Positions 13,780 through 27,717 of a stretch of DNA of 64,000 nt are shown here, piece after piece. The stretch covers positions 7,008,001-7,072,000 of the forward strand of contig CM075992.1 of NCBI GenBank assembly GCA_038087875.1, read 5' to 3'. Positions within the stretch are counted from its first letter, which is position 1; the number at the start of each line of letters is the position of its first letter. The stretch is from Malacoraja senta. Lineage: Eukaryota. A program made the position numbers and the translations under genes. A model generated the notes under the pieces. The model ran no database searches, was not told the origin of the DNA, and worked only from the letters and a program-made list of their open reading frames with translations.

Positions 13780-16700
13780 ACAGAATTGTTTGGTCTTTTT
13801 TATTGACAACACAGATTATTACAAGTTGAAAGAAAAAAAAATCAATTTCAATAATGCAACACCCCTCACCCTTCTAAATCCAATTCACACCCATTCCTGT
13901 TCCACAACAAATAAAAGTGCAAAGGTTGTCTAGCAAAATACAGAATCAACAAATCAACCTGAGAAAAGTAGGTTGAAGATAAGGTGGGAAACACACAGAA
14001 CTCGAGAACTCCCTGCGACTGGTACTTTGGATATGGCCCGTAGGTTCGTAAACTGAGAGCGCTTGTGTTCCATAGTACAACAGCGTTATCAACAGTGCAG
14101 AATAAAGTCAATCTGCTGTAAACAAAGAGTCCCGTCCCATGAGAGGCTTTCCTTCAATTAAAAATAAATCGGGAACATTAAGGATGAAGTCTCAGTCTGA
14201 CGATATATCCTTTTAGTGTTCTCAATCAGTTGGGGGCTTCTCTTTCATGACTAGATAAGATAGTTAACACATACAAGTGTACATCCAAGAAGCACTGTAA
14301 TGAACGCATATGTCCGTAACTTAATTATTTAATTAAAAAAACAGCTGTCGGAGATTCACGGGAAAATGGTTACACTTTTACCAGGTCTTGAATAATGCCC
14401 CCAGTACAAGGAGTCCAAAGAGCCTTACGAGGAAGATGCCACGTTGGTGCATATCATTCTCGTTAACAGACCTGCAAATGTGTTCATAGAATTTTCTTAT
14501 TTCAGAGTTTCAGTGGTTGCATCCATCAGTCATTGATGTATTTATGAGAGTCTTGTTCACATGTTAATAACATTTAAAAAAATGTAATATAAAAGACTAT
14601 CATAAAAAAAAACAAATTCATAACACAAATTCAGTGTCATCGAGTAGTGGTTTTATGTCAGGACTCGCTAACTCTTCAATACAGCCATTATTATTATAGC
14701 TGACTGATTCGTATCCACTTTCTGCACAATGAGAGACATGCAGAAGAATCCAACATTGCAGGGGTCTCTTATCTCTCGCAGAGTCCAACCAGCACGGGAT
14801 AATTCCCATGGCATTCTGCAAAGGTGCTGCTTTATGATCCTTGTGCTGCTCTGACATTAATAATATTGATCCAAATACCCCCCCCTCCCTCCCTAGTATA
14901 TTATGGTCCTCTAATACTGGCCACAAAGGTTTGGTCACATTTTGAGAGTCTGTGCGTTCATGTGTGCGCGAACGTGTACGTCGCATAGAAAGAGCAGCAG
15001 AACCAGCCAATGTTAATGTGTAAGAAGGAACTACAATGCTGGTTTAAACCAAAGATAGACACAAAAAGCTGGAGTAAATCAGCGGGACAGGCAGCATCTC
15101 TGGAGAGAAGGAATGGGTGACGTTTCGGGTCGAGACCCTTCTCCAATGTTAATACTCATTCCCCGCCATTTCACTGCCACTCGCAGTGGAAATTTGCACA
15201 GTAGTAATTGTGTTTTTTACACTGGAGAATTGCAAATAAGAGTGCCCCCAAAAGGAGTCTGATGACCTGAAACGTCACCTCTCCATGTTCTCCAGAGATG
15301 CTGAGTTACGCCAGCACTTGGTGTCCTTTTTTGTAAACCAGCATCTGCAGTTCCTTGTTTCTACCATAAATACGACTGCTTGGGCACTGTGAACACAGCA
15401 TAGGTAGACTTTCCCTCCTGTTTGAAGAAGCCAGGGCTATGAAATTGTGAGAACATACAAATCTGGTAAATCTTTGGGAGTAGAGAAAAACCCTGGCCTA
15501 ATAAACGACCAAATAAAACCTCTGGATACTGGAATTTTTTAAAGTGTGTCAGACTCACACAGTCTTAAATAAACATGCTCTGTGTAAAATATTCCATTAT
15601 ATCCTTAAATAATCTGAATAAATAAGAATAAATCATGTAAAAAGAGTAAAGACTACAATCACCTCTTTTGAAATTACACAGAAGGATTAGGTTTCAAATA
15701 ACACATGACAGCAACTACAAAGGTTGTACTCCAGAGACAAAGGCAATGTGAACTAAATAGAAAAGTGGTGGGTTTACTCAGCACTGCCTTCTAATCTGCA
15801 TCACATATTGAATAGGGATGGAAAGGAAGCTGCCTCTACCCTGGGCAAGTCAAGAGGTTGCCTCGACTTGGAAACTGATTACAACACGCGATACGAGATG
15901 CCTGTATAAAACATGGCTAAAAATCTGGGAACATGCCGACTTCAGGACCTACCTTTACCCACACGGCAGTTGAGAGAGGAAGGGAGAGCACTGGAATTTG
16001 TACGCTTCTGACAATTACAGACACACAATGTGAAAGAGGATGCCGAGTCTGGAGTGCTTCAGTCATAAAATGTGGCAATGGATTGAAGGGTTAAACTTAA
16101 AGGATTTAACACATATCAATGCACTTGAACAGAGATGCTTGTATAAGGATTAAAGTGAGTTGATATGTTACTGCAGGTACAGCATTAATCATCGGATGCT
16201 TTTATATTTTATTTAGAGTGCTTATTTTGTCAGCTAAGCCCCCGATAACAGGCATGAGCATTAAATAACAGTTACTGTAAGACCATCATGTTTTTGATAA
16301 AAAACATTCTTTAAAAACTTGAAACAGCATTAACTTTACATCACTAATGCTGATCAATCCTCTAACACTGCATTTGGCCATTCCCTTTCTTAACGACAAA
16401 TTAGATGGAAGCAAAGATGACCACCGTAAAGAAAAAGGCCAACTCTCAAGATATGGGTTGCAGCTCCATACATTCTCCTTCTTCCTTCAGGAGTTCTACC
16501 TGGGACATATGACAATAAAACACTCTTGATTTTCCATTTAAATACAATGGCTGCTTGGCTTACCAAAATGTCCCCTCAGCAGGTGACGACACCGTCAAAC
16601 ACCTTCCAACAGGTAGATCTTTAAAAAGGAGAGCTATTAGATTCATGTGCCTATTGAGTTGCAAAGTGAAGGACTGACCTGTCAGACACTCTCTAGTGTC

Positions 16701-17696
16701 ACTTGGTGCTAATCATCCCAAAGATTAAATTATATCATCAAAAACAAAAGAACTCCAAAGAAGGTAAACAGTGTAAGAACTGAGCAGAAACTAAACGTCA
16801 CCTTTCATTAGAAGATAACTGTAGTGATGTCATTCTTTAAACCACTCCAACACATACTTAATGAAAGGGAGTTAACGTTTGGAATGATAGGGTGATTTTT
16901 TAGTCTTTCTTAAAAGGTCATTAGTACATAAAATATGTGCACAACGGGAAACAGTAATAAATTATAAAACAGATATTGGATGACTTAGATTGATAGGCAC
17001 CAGAGTGGTCCAATTTTTTTCCCCAAGTTATTTGATATTGAAGTATTTGATTTTTGTTAGTGTGATGGTATTGACTGAGTATGTGTTAAGTTTCTTGCTG
17101 CCAACTTAAACCAGTGCCAAAGTGCATCCTTCCTGAATTTCAAGATACATTCACGACAAGAAAAGTAAATTTTGAAAGATCGAGCTCACCACCTCTTCAC
17201 ACCTCGTAGCCAGTCAAAGCTTAGCTGCTGCAGGTGGCTTTTAGTGTCATAGAGTACACCAGGTAATACTTACTGTACAGGGCACAAGTGCATTGGCCAA
17301 GGAAAGCTCATCAAATTAAACAACGACGGCCCGTTTCAGTATCGAGGTGCAGACACAAACACATTGAAGAAAATATTGCTTTAAATGTTTGGACTGATAA
17401 AAAGGTCAAATTAATCGTTCAACAAGTAGAATGATGTTCAGGACCACATGAAAATAACTCAGCCAAACTCACGTGGAGCAATGTTTCTAACTTTGACATT
17501 GGTCCGCTGTGACAGGATGGTGGAGGTGAAGACGCAGTCGACAACTGCCTTACGTTGAAGTGGTCCTGAGGAGGGAGCTTTAAAAAGAGCAAACTCTCTG
17601 TCCCTGAACCTTGATCTTTCCTCACTCTTCCTCCATACCAGGTCCTTCATACTCGAGAGTCAAAACAAAAATAAAACCACTACATCCACCAGATCT
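13780..17696 (-). other. DOCK6: Probable ~3.9 kb DOCK6 3' UTR
   Basis: Repeat-poor AT-rich tract after the stop; minus-strand AATAAA at 13799-13804 (alternatives at 16208-16213 and 13634-13639); the 3' end is inferred. Confidence 0.55.
13799..13804 (-). terminator. Candidate polyadenylation signal AATAAA
   Basis: tttatt on the + strand at the distal end of the UTR-like tract. Confidence 0.5.
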
Positions 17697-17739
17697 TCAG
17701 ATTTCCACTTTACGCAAGCTCGATCTGCTGAAGGAATTT
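17697..17739 (-). CDS. DOCK6: DOCK6 last coding exon: NSFSRSSLRKVEI-stop
   Basis: tttcag acceptor; TGA at 17699-17697; resembles the DOCK6/7 C-terminus. Confidence 0.9.
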
Positions 17740-19495
17740 CTGAAATAAAGCACAGGCACAGTTTAATGGCTGTGGGAATGTTACAGCCCACTAATAAGCG
17801 TTGTATTTCCCACGTACACTTTGGCCTCTAAGCTGCACTGAAAATGCTAATTCGCTCACGCAGTACAGCATCTCTCGAGTGATCTGACTATAAGATGCCC
17901 TAGTGTGTTTGTAATCACTGGATATCTTAAAATGACAGACGTGGGAGGAAGAGTCTTTGATCCGCTTCTGCCACTCAATGAGGCAATCTTATACCTCTGT
18001 TTTGCTCTCTGAAAGGGAGCAACTGATAAAGATGAGAACAGGCAGGCCGATGCGTGAGGGGAGTAGGAACTGGCAGGAGAGGAGCAAGAACAGCAAACAG
18101 AGACCCAGAAAAAGTAAGAAACGACAAGATCAGGGGATCAAGGTCTGTGGAATTCTCTGCCTCAGAGGGCAGTGGAGGCGGGTTCTCTGGATGCTTTCAA
18201 GAGAGAGCTAGATAGAGCTCTTAAAAATAGCAGTCAGGGGATATGGGGAGAAGGCAGGAACGGGGTACTGATTGGGGATGATCAGCCATGATCACATTGA
18301 ATGGCGGTGCTGGCTCGAAGGGCCGAATGGCCTACTCCTGCACCTATTGTCTATTGAAAGAGACATTTGGTGGAATGAGTGAGGTTAGTTTAGTTTAGAG
18401 ATACAGCGCGGAAACTAGGCCCTAATGCCCACCGAATCCAGCGATCCCCGCACACTAACACCACCCTACACACACTAGGGCCAATTTACAATTTTACCAA
18501 GCCAATTAGCCTACAAACCCGTAAGTCTTTTGAGTGTGGGGGAAAACCGGAGTTCCAGGAGAAAACCCACGCAGGTTATGGAGAGAACATACAAACTCCG
18601 TACAGCCAGCACCTGGAGTCAGGATCGAGCCCGGGTCTCTGGCGCTGTAAGGCAGCTACTCTACCTCTGCGCCATCGTGTTGCCCCACATTGTGGGGGAG
18701 TCGTTCAATGACATGGGCCTGCAGGTCTGAGGAGGAGCAAGGCTGTTGGTGTTGTGTGTCAGCAGTGGTGTGCAACCACATTGATGTTGAGGGTCAGACT
18801 AATCAGGTTGGTGATATGTGGGGCAGGTGAGAAATCGATGGTAGTTGTTCAAGGAGGAGTGAGGGCTGGGTGAAATGAGATGATCGGGGAGGAGAGTGAA
18901 ATGGTTGGGTCGGGGGAGTGAAGGTGGTGGGTCTATAAGCTCAGTGAATAGACTGGGAGGGCGAGCAAATATCTGGAAGGGTTCGTGAGGAGTCTGGCCT
19001 ACTCTGCCATTCAATCATGGCTGATCCACCTTTTCCTCTCAACCCCATTTTCTGCCTTCTCCACATAACCCCTGACATCCGTACTAATCAAGAATCTGTC
19101 AATCTCCACCTTAAAAATATTAATTGACGGACTCCACAATCTTCTGTGGCAATGAGTTCCACAGATTCACCATCCTCTGGTTAAAGAAATTCTTCCTTAT
19201 CTTCCTTCTAAAGGTATATCCTTTTATTCTGAGGCTATGGCCTCTGGTCCTAGACTCTCCCACCAGTGGAAACATCCTCTCCACATCCACTCTATCAGGC
19301 CTTTCACTAATCGGGAAGTATCAATGGGGTATCCCCTCATCCTTCTAAACTCCAGCGAGCACAGGCCCAGTCAAACACTCATCATATGTTAACTCAATCA
19401 TTCCTGGGATCATTCTCGTAAACCAATTAAAAAAAAATGTAATTAAATCAATGAGGCCATGTTGTAAATGCTGAGAAATTCATGAAGCCCCTTAC

Positions 19496-19663
19496 CGGTG
19501 ACTTGTACTGGGCACGAGGGTCTTGTAGAGCTGGGGGATCTTCATGCTGATCATGGGCTGCAAAGATTCCTTCAGTCTGTGGTAGTTACGCTCCAGCTCC
19601 CTGTGATATTCTTTCTGGTCTGCTCCGATCAGAGTCTTGTTCTTGCGCAAGGCATCATCACAT
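19496..19663 (-). CDS. DOCK6: DOCK6 penultimate exon: [27 protein letters not shown]...PSTSHR
   Basis: tgcag / GTAAGG, 168 nt phase 2-2. Confidence 0.94.
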
Positions 19664-20890
19664 CTGCAGACAAAGCACGGTTTATTCAAGTGCACGCATA
19701 TTTAACCAATTATACAACTACTTTTCATGGCAGTCAATGCCGTTTTGATATTAGTCGCAGCAAGATATGGTATGTTGATGTGGTATTTGCCCTGCACTCC
19801 TTGCCCGATGTGTTCCCGAAATGGGCTGTACATTGCTTACACTGTGAGAAGGTTGGATTGAGAGAAAAAGGCTGTCCGCGACCGGATTACAGCCACTGTT
19901 CATGGACAAACTGCAACGATCGGCCAGAGACCTGGTTCGTTCCTGACTTTGGGTACTGTCTGTATAGAGTTTGTACGTTCTTCCTGTGACCGCGTGGGTT
20001 TTCCTTGGGTGCCCTGGTTTTCTCCCACACTCCAAAGACGTGCAGGGTTGTAGTTGAATTGGCTTTGGTAAAAAAAAAAATTGTATATTGTCCCTAGCGT
20101 GTATGATAGTGGTGTACAGGGATCGCTAGTCAGCTTGGACTCTGTGGGCCGATGGGCCTGTTTCCAAGCTGTATTTCTAAACGAGGAAACACTTTTTCTC
20201 ACAGAGAGTGGTGAGTGTGGAATTCTCTGCCTCAGAGGGCAGTGGAGGCAGGTTCTCTGGATGCTTTCTAGAGAGCTAGATAGGGCTCTTAAAAATAGCG
20301 GAGTCAGGGGAGAAGGGGAGAAGGCAGGAACGGGGTACTGATTGGGGATGATCAGCCATGATCCACATTGAGTGGCGTGCTGGCTCGAAGGGCCGAATGG
20401 CCTACTCCTGCACCTATTGTCTATTGTCTAAACTCAGTGGGTCAGGCTGCATCTATGGAGGGAATGGACAGGCGATGATATGGGTCAAGCCCTCCTTCAG
20501 ATATTAGTACGTAGAAGGATCCCGATCAAAAACATCACCTATCAGTGAAGAAAGGTCCTGACCAGAAATGTTGTCTGTCCTTTTCCTCCATAGAAGATGC
20601 CTCACCTGCTGAGTTCCTCTGGCATTTTGTGCTTTTCACTTGAGATTCCAACATCTGCACATTCTTGATTCTTCCTCTTGATCAGTCTGATGCAGACTTG
20701 TGACTGTGCAGCATGAGAAGCAGGCCCATCAAGCTTGTCTCAGCTGCAGGACAGCGGATTTTGACAGGAATTTAAGGGAAAGTTTAAAAGGGGCATGTCT
20801 TTACGCAGCTGGTGCCTTCAGAGTTAAGGAAGTTGTGAAGCACAACGCAGAATTAATCGGCACAGTTTAGACACAAAGATAATGACATAC

Positions 20891-20997
20891 CGCTTCATGA
20901 AGTCTTTGAAGCAGAGACGGAGCTTGTTGTGATGTCGGAAGAGTTTGGGGTCATCTGGAATGTCTGCCAGGAAAACTTGGGCCACTTCCAAAGGCCC
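20891..20997 (-). CDS. DOCK6: DOCK6 exon: [36 protein letters not shown]
   Basis: ttag / GTATGT, 107 nt phase 0-2. Confidence 0.95.
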
Positions 20998-23125
20998 CTA
21001 AGAGAGTTCCAAGGAGAAACCAGCATTATTTCAATGATACATCTGTTACAACTGTACAAACTCAGGGACTGTTCATTACTTTCAATCACCAGCTGGTTTG
21101 ACAATGTCATATTTCAAAGGTGAAGGGCTATAAGAGGATGGAAGGAAAATGCTCGGAATACACAGGATACAGTTTAAAGGAGCCATAGTTAAATTTCTTC
21201 CCAGCATTTTCTCAGCTGTTTTACCAATACACTAAATCTTTCAGGACATGAATACCAGCTGCTCTTAGTGCAGTCTTTTGACGGGGTCTGTCTTCATGTA
21301 CGAGTGAAGGATTCTGAATGTCAGGGCTATGTGGCTAAGCTCAAACCTGTGCCCATTCAAAAATGACACTGTATAGCACCAGTGCAGGAGGATGAGGGGT
21401 GATCTTTTCGAAGTGTATAAAATCATGAGAGGAATATATCGGGTAGACGCACATCATCTCTTTACGGAATCGAGAACCATAAGGTTTAAGGTGAGAGGGA
21501 AAGATTTATTAGGAATCTGAGGGGCAACTTTTTCACACAAAGGTGTATGGAGCGAGCTGCCAGAGGAGGTAGTTCTGGCAGGAACTATCGCAACGTTTAA
21601 GAAACATTGAGACAAGTACATGGATAGGACCGGTTTAGAGGGATATGTGCCAAACACTGGCAGGTGGGAAAAGTGTAGATGGGACATGTTAGGCGGTGTG
21701 GGCAAGTAATGCCGACGGGCCTGTTTCCACTCTGTAAGACTCTATGACTATGAGTACGTGCTCTTTCCCCTCCCGGCTTGTCATTGAACCCACCCTGTCC
21801 CATTAGAGCCTTCAAGGTCAATTATTAAAATGCCTGCCACTGACCAGCCTGAGATCAAATAACGGAGCAGAGATTGGGAATGTGTGTGCCTGGAATGCTC
21901 AGCACCTCCTCACGCAGTGTGGTTTATCTACACTGTCATTCATGCTTCAACTCTCAAGGGCGAACTGTTCTATTAAAAGATGTACTTCAAACACACAAGT
22001 TTGGTGGGAAAGTAAAACCTTATGGATCAGAATGGGCATTTTACCACTTACGTGGTCAGAAGGCCCGGCTGTGGAACTAACCCACTGTACAGTGGAAGCT
22101 GATAATATGGGGAGTATTCAGGGTGCTGAAGGAGAGAGCAAGACCCTGTGCTGGGGAGGTCCAACCCTGAGGCTCTTGGGCAAGTAGACACAGGAACAAT
22201 TTCAGATGCAAGGGGTGTGAACTCAGCTGGTTTTGGAGAGAAGGCAAAAGCCTCAGTTTACAAGCAGAAGGTTGCCGGGTTTAGCCAGAAGTGACCTTGG
22301 GATCTTTGACTTGAAGAGGGCAGTGGCAGATAAACAAGGAGAACATAACACAACATATTGGGCTGACATTATAATAATACTGATACTTTACATGTTGTTG
22401 GAAGCCGTGAAAACAAAATCAGTAGAAAGCATGTGCAAAGAGCAACTGTTCTATAGCCTGTTTGCTGAAGGTAGCTTAAAATAGCATGGCAGGGAGGTTT
22501 GTGCAGAGACAGTGATGTTTCAATGATCCATAAACCCCTGAGTCAGTACTTACGGTATGATTGAGAAGTGTTGGTTTTGTGCTATGATATTTGATACCAA
22601 TCAGATGTAAAAATATTACAACGATATAACTAACGTCTATGGCTGCCCCGTGTACAGTAAGAAACAAGGTTAGAAAAATAAATAGTCTTCCACTTGCATG
22701 AACTGCACTCATGAATCAAATTCAGCCATGTCATAGCTATAGGTAGCTTTTAATTAAAGAGTTTCAGCAATTTTGAGATGGCATTTTAAATTTATACATT
22801 AAGGTGAAGGGGAAAAGATTTAATAGGAATCTGAGGGGTAACTTTTTCACACAAGGGGTGGTGGGTGTATAGAACGAGCTGCCAGAGGAGGTAATTGAGG
22901 CAGGGACGATGCCAACGTTTAAAGAAACAGTTAGACAGGTAAATGGATAGGCCAGGTTTGGAGGGATATGGGCCAAACGCAGGCAGGTGGGTCTAGTGTA
23001 AATGGGACATAGGGGGCCGAAGGGCCTGTTTCCACGCTGTATAACTATGATTCTTTAGCTGTGAGACCTGATATATGAACTAAAAATGCAAAGTAATAAA
23101 ATCATGACTAAACAATGCTAACTTA

Positions 23126-23451
23126 AAGCCCTGTCCCACGGTACGAGTTCAGTCCAAGAGCTCTCCCGAGTTTGCCCTGATTCAAACTCGGAGATTTACG
23201 GTAATGGCCACTCGTCGGTACTCGGGGCTCTCGTGGACATTTTTCAACATGTTGAAAAATCGTCCCTAGTCTTTCCGTGCTTACCTGCCGTTAGCGAGTC
23301 TTCCCGAGTGCCGTTAGCGATACGAGCCGCTAAGAGACGTCCCCGAGCTCCGACGTACCCGCTACGTTCATTCTCCGTGCTTACCATGAGTTTGATTTTT
23401 TTAAAACTCGGGAGAGTTCTTGGAATGAACTCGTACCGTGGGACAGTGCTA
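23126..23451. mobile_element. PIF/Harbinger-type MITE
   Basis: ~45-bp TIRs (aagccctgtcccacggtacgag...); TTA TSD. Confidence 0.85.
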
Positions 23452-24147
23452 TTAAGAAGCATTCAAGATGATGCACACTTGCATTCGGTTATGAACATGA
23501 ATGCATGTGAACATACAACAGTCGTGGATATTGAGTGAAGTAACTGGTTTATATGGGCCAAAGATCACTTGTGAATAAGAGAACTGCATCAATGGCACTG
23601 AGCTGATGGCAATTTCTCTCAGCTCCTTACAGCTTCTATGTAAAACACATGACATCTATGTCATGCCAACAGCATGTGATCCCATGTGTATAGGCTGCCA
23701 AATAAACTAGACTTGCTCACCACTGAAAAATGCTCCATTCCACTTACTGTTACCCACACTGTAGGAACTGCCAGAACTTAATGAACACAGAATTATTTTT
23801 ATTCAAAAAGGGCAAAAAAAACCCCACACTTATTCCAGTAAAGGAAACATAACACTTTAAGAAACATAGAACATTGGAATGCAGCAACAGGCCCTTTGGT
23901 GCACAATGTTTGTGGCAAACATGAAGCCTAGTTAAACTGATCTCATCTGCCTGTACATGATCCATATCCCTCTATTCCTTTAACTTCCACGTGCCTAGCT
24001 GAAAGCCATCTTAAACGCCACTATTGTATCTGCCTCCTACACCACACCTGGCAGTGCGCTCAAGCCCCCCACCATCCTCTGTGTAAAAGAGTTGCTCAGT
24101 ATATCTCCATTAAAACTTACCCCTCTCACCTTATACCTATGCCCTCT

Positions 24148-24441
24148 TAATAACTTACTTACTGCCTATTATGCCTCCTGGCATGTAGGGCAGCAACGAA
24201 GGTCCTCCACTCAGTAGTGTTGATTCCTTCAGTTGCTGTTTCCATAACATATTTTTTTTACGAGACAGGGTTGTTAGCCCTGTGCTCAACCTCCAACCTG
24301 GAGGGCCAGTGGATCGCTCTTCGTCTCGCCTCTACCCATGGGAGAGCCTAACAGGAGATGAATCTCCCGCTGGCATAGTTCTCGGGGTCACTGAGACACA
24401 CAAGCTCCCCGACCACGACAAGGTTGCAATCCAACGGGGAG
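24148..24441 (-). mobile_element. Bipartite non-autonomous RTE element (5' UTR fused to ORF 3' end), nested in a CR1
   Basis: 11-bp TSD ctatgccctct at 24137 and 24442; RTE-like head gcaaccttgtcgtgg; tail encodes EWRTFVAALHARRHNRQ* followed by taag repeats. Confidence 0.75.
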
Positions 24442-24581
24442 CTATGCCCTCTAGTGCTGGACATTTCCACCCTGGGAAAAAGGTTCTGACTGTCTACCCT
24501 ATCTATGCCTCTCATAATTTTATATACTTCCATCAAGTCTCCCCTCAACCTCTGACATTCCAGTGTAAAAAATAAGCTTTA

Positions 24582-24779
<198 letters not shown>

Positions 24780-25922
24780 TCACATCCTGTCCGTAAAGGC
24801 TTTAAAAATAATTTCTTGCATTTGTGGTGCAACGGTAAAGTTGCTGCTTTATAGCACCAGAGACGCGGATTCAATCCTGATTACGGGTGCTGTCTATACA
24901 GAGTTTGTACGTTCTCCCTGTAACCGCGTGCGTTTTCTCCAGGTGCTCCGGTTTCCTCCCACACTCCAAATACATACAGGTATATAGATTAATTGGCTTT
25001 AGTAAAATTATAAATTGTCCCTAGTGTGTAGGACAGTGTTAATGTACGGGGTGATCGCTGGTTGGCGTCGTCTTGGTGGGCCGACGGGCCCTGTATCTCT
25101 AAAGTCTCCTTGATGATAGCCCATGATAATCAAGTGCAGGGTACAGATAACAGTTATCTTGATAGGATTCACGAGTGGAAGACTTACTACAAGTTTCTGT
25201 TTAGACCCAAAGAGCTGTAGATGCTGGAATCTTAAGTAAAACACTGGAGTAATTTAATGAGCTAGGCAGCATCTGTGGAAGGAATGGGCAGGCGATGTTT
25301 CAGGTCAGAACCCTTTACAGACTCAGGTGTCTGTAGAAACAAAGAACTGCAGATGCTGGTTTCTACTAAAGATAGACACAAAGTGCTGGAGTAACAGCGG
25401 GTCAGCACGGGAAAAAGTCCTGACTTAAACCAGTATAAACCAGCATTTGCAGTTCCTTACTACACATTAATGTCCTCACGTTCACCACTGACCAGAGGCT
25501 CCGCCACATAAATACCATGCCTATTAAAGCATGAAGGGTCTTGACCCAAAACATCACCTATTCCTTTTCTCCAGAGATGCTGCCTGGCCCCGCTGTTACT
25601 CCAGCACCGTGTGTCCATTTTGTCGATGTCAGGGATTGGATATCCTGTGGCAAGTCACACAACTGATGATGCCCCAAGGACATGCCACCATCTCCAAGGA
25701 ACAGCTCAGGAATATTCTTCACCTGTCTGCTTGAATGCAGCTCCTGCAACTCAAGAAACTCAACACCATCTTGTTTGACCCCTTTTTAACCACCTACTCA
25801 CTCATTCCTTCCCCCACCAGCACAGAGTGGCTGCAGTGTGCACCATCTATGAAAGTGCAAATCTATGAAATGTTGCTTCTTTTTTTTTCCGAGTCAGTTC
25901 TTCTCGCACATTTTAGAATTTT

Positions 25923-26901
25923 TTATTTTTTTTAAATTTATTTTTTTAATTTTATTTATTAGAAGTACATTAAATTACAAACAATTACATTAGTACTCAT
26001 CACATATATCTTATCACAATTAATGTACTCCTTCATTTTTTAAAGCCAATAAAAAGAAAAGGTTGAAATTAAGAAGAAAGAGTGAAGGAAAATAGTGATA
26101 GTGTAAAAGCGTGTCAGCAGGAAAGAACAGAGACCCTGTAGAAGAGAAATTAGAGAGACAAGATTAAGAGATAGACCCTAAAGAAGAAAAAAAGAGAAAG
26201 AAGAGAAGAGAGAAAAACAAGTACTCTATTATGAGCATCCTGCAAATGGGATATACCAACTCGCCACCTTTCATCCCCCTTTACCAAGTCCTGACATCGG
26301 TACCTTTTTAAAGTACTTTTGCACCTTATGCTTGTAATAGTTCTATAAATGAAGACCACGTCAGATGGAAGTGATCTAATTTGCCTGCCAGGAGGAGTCT
26401 TATCTCTTCCAGGTGTAATGTTTCAAACATGTTTGAAATCCACATGTTTATAGTTGGTATTGGAACATTTTTCCAAAATTTTAGGATAAGCTTTTTTCCA
26501 GTTATTAACCCGTAATCAAATAGGTTCTTTTGAAACACATTTAGTTCAGGGCTATCTTCCGTTGTTCCGAAGATAATCCATTCTGCTTTTGGTATCAGTT
26601 TTATTTTAAATAATTTTGTAAAGATTTCAAAAAGTTCAATCCAAATTTTTTTAATTTTTGTACAAAAAACAAATGAGTGCGCTATAGTAGTTTCTTGAGA
26701 CTGACATTTATCGCAAATAGGTGATACATTGGGGAAAATTTTACTAATTTTGGTTTTTGAATAATATAATCTGTGTAAAATTTTGAATTGTATTAAAGTG
26801 TGTCTTACATTAATCGAGCATTTATGCACATTTAATAAATGTTCATTCCACCTCTCCTTTGAAATTTTAATAGCTAATTCTTGTTCCCAGTCTCTTCTAA
26901 T
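25923..26901 (-). mobile_element. 5'-truncated L1-clade LINE (ORF2 C-terminal zinc-knuckle region, A-rich tail)
   Basis: QFKILHR...CDKC...H...C; 15-bp TSD acattttagaatttt at 25908 and 26902; TTTT/AA target site. Confidence 0.88.
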
Positions 26902-27406
26902 ACATTTTAGAATTTTAACGCGGTATCAGTGGATACAGCATTGAACCTGGTCTAATGAGTATTAAATTACATCGTTTGGATTTTTGTATACGAGTGCCAA
27001 AATTATAAAGCCATTTCTCTCTCAAAGATGGCAATAACACAGCAAAACTACACATAGATGTGTAGGAAGCAATTGCTGCAGATGTTGGTTTATATCGAAG
27101 ATAGACACAAAATGCAGAAGTAACGCAGCAGGACAGTCAGCATCTCCAGAGAGAAATAATGGGCGACATTTGGGGTGTTTTAGTTTCAGTTTAGTTTATT
27201 GCCACGTGTACTGAAGTACAGTGAAAAGCTTTTGTTGCGTGCTATCCAGTCAGCAGAAAGACAATACATGTTTGCAATCGAGCCATTGACAGTGTAAAGA
27301 TACATGATAAGGGAATGACGTTTAGTGCATGGTAAAGCCAACAAAGTCAGTCCGATCAAGGATAGTCTGAGGGTCACCAAAGGGGTAGATAGTAGTTCAG
27401 CACAGT

Positions 27407-27434
27407 CTGAAGAAGGGTCTCGACCTGAAACGTC
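27407..27434 (+). ncRNA. Minimal type I hammerhead ribozyme-like motif (PLE-associated)
   Basis: CTGAAGA-A-GGGTCTCGACCT-GAAAC-GTC. Confidence 0.55.
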
Positions 27435-27480
27435 ACCCACTCCTTAGTAACTGAAAGCCACGTTGGAACGAATATCTTAC

Positions 27481-27717
27481 CTCCTCCTTGTGAATGACGT
27501 TGATCCTGGTTTTGATGTAGGGGAAGGCGTGCGAGGTGGTGAGGATGGTCTTCCGCTTGTACTGCTCGTGCAGGTCACCGTGAGCACGGCCGTCTAACGT
27601 GAAGGGCGTGCAGTACATGAAGCAGCGCAAGTTATAGTTCTTGTCAAAGTAAGTGATGCGGTCTTTCAATTCGTAGGTGTCGAAGAACGGCTCAACATAC
27701 GTGATCTGGATAAATGC
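27481..27717 (-). CDS. DOCK6: DOCK6 exon: [20 protein letters not shown]...[12 protein letters not shown]...[15 protein letters not shown]
   Basis: ttccag / GTAAGA, 237 nt; DHR-2 hallmark motifs. Confidence 0.95.
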
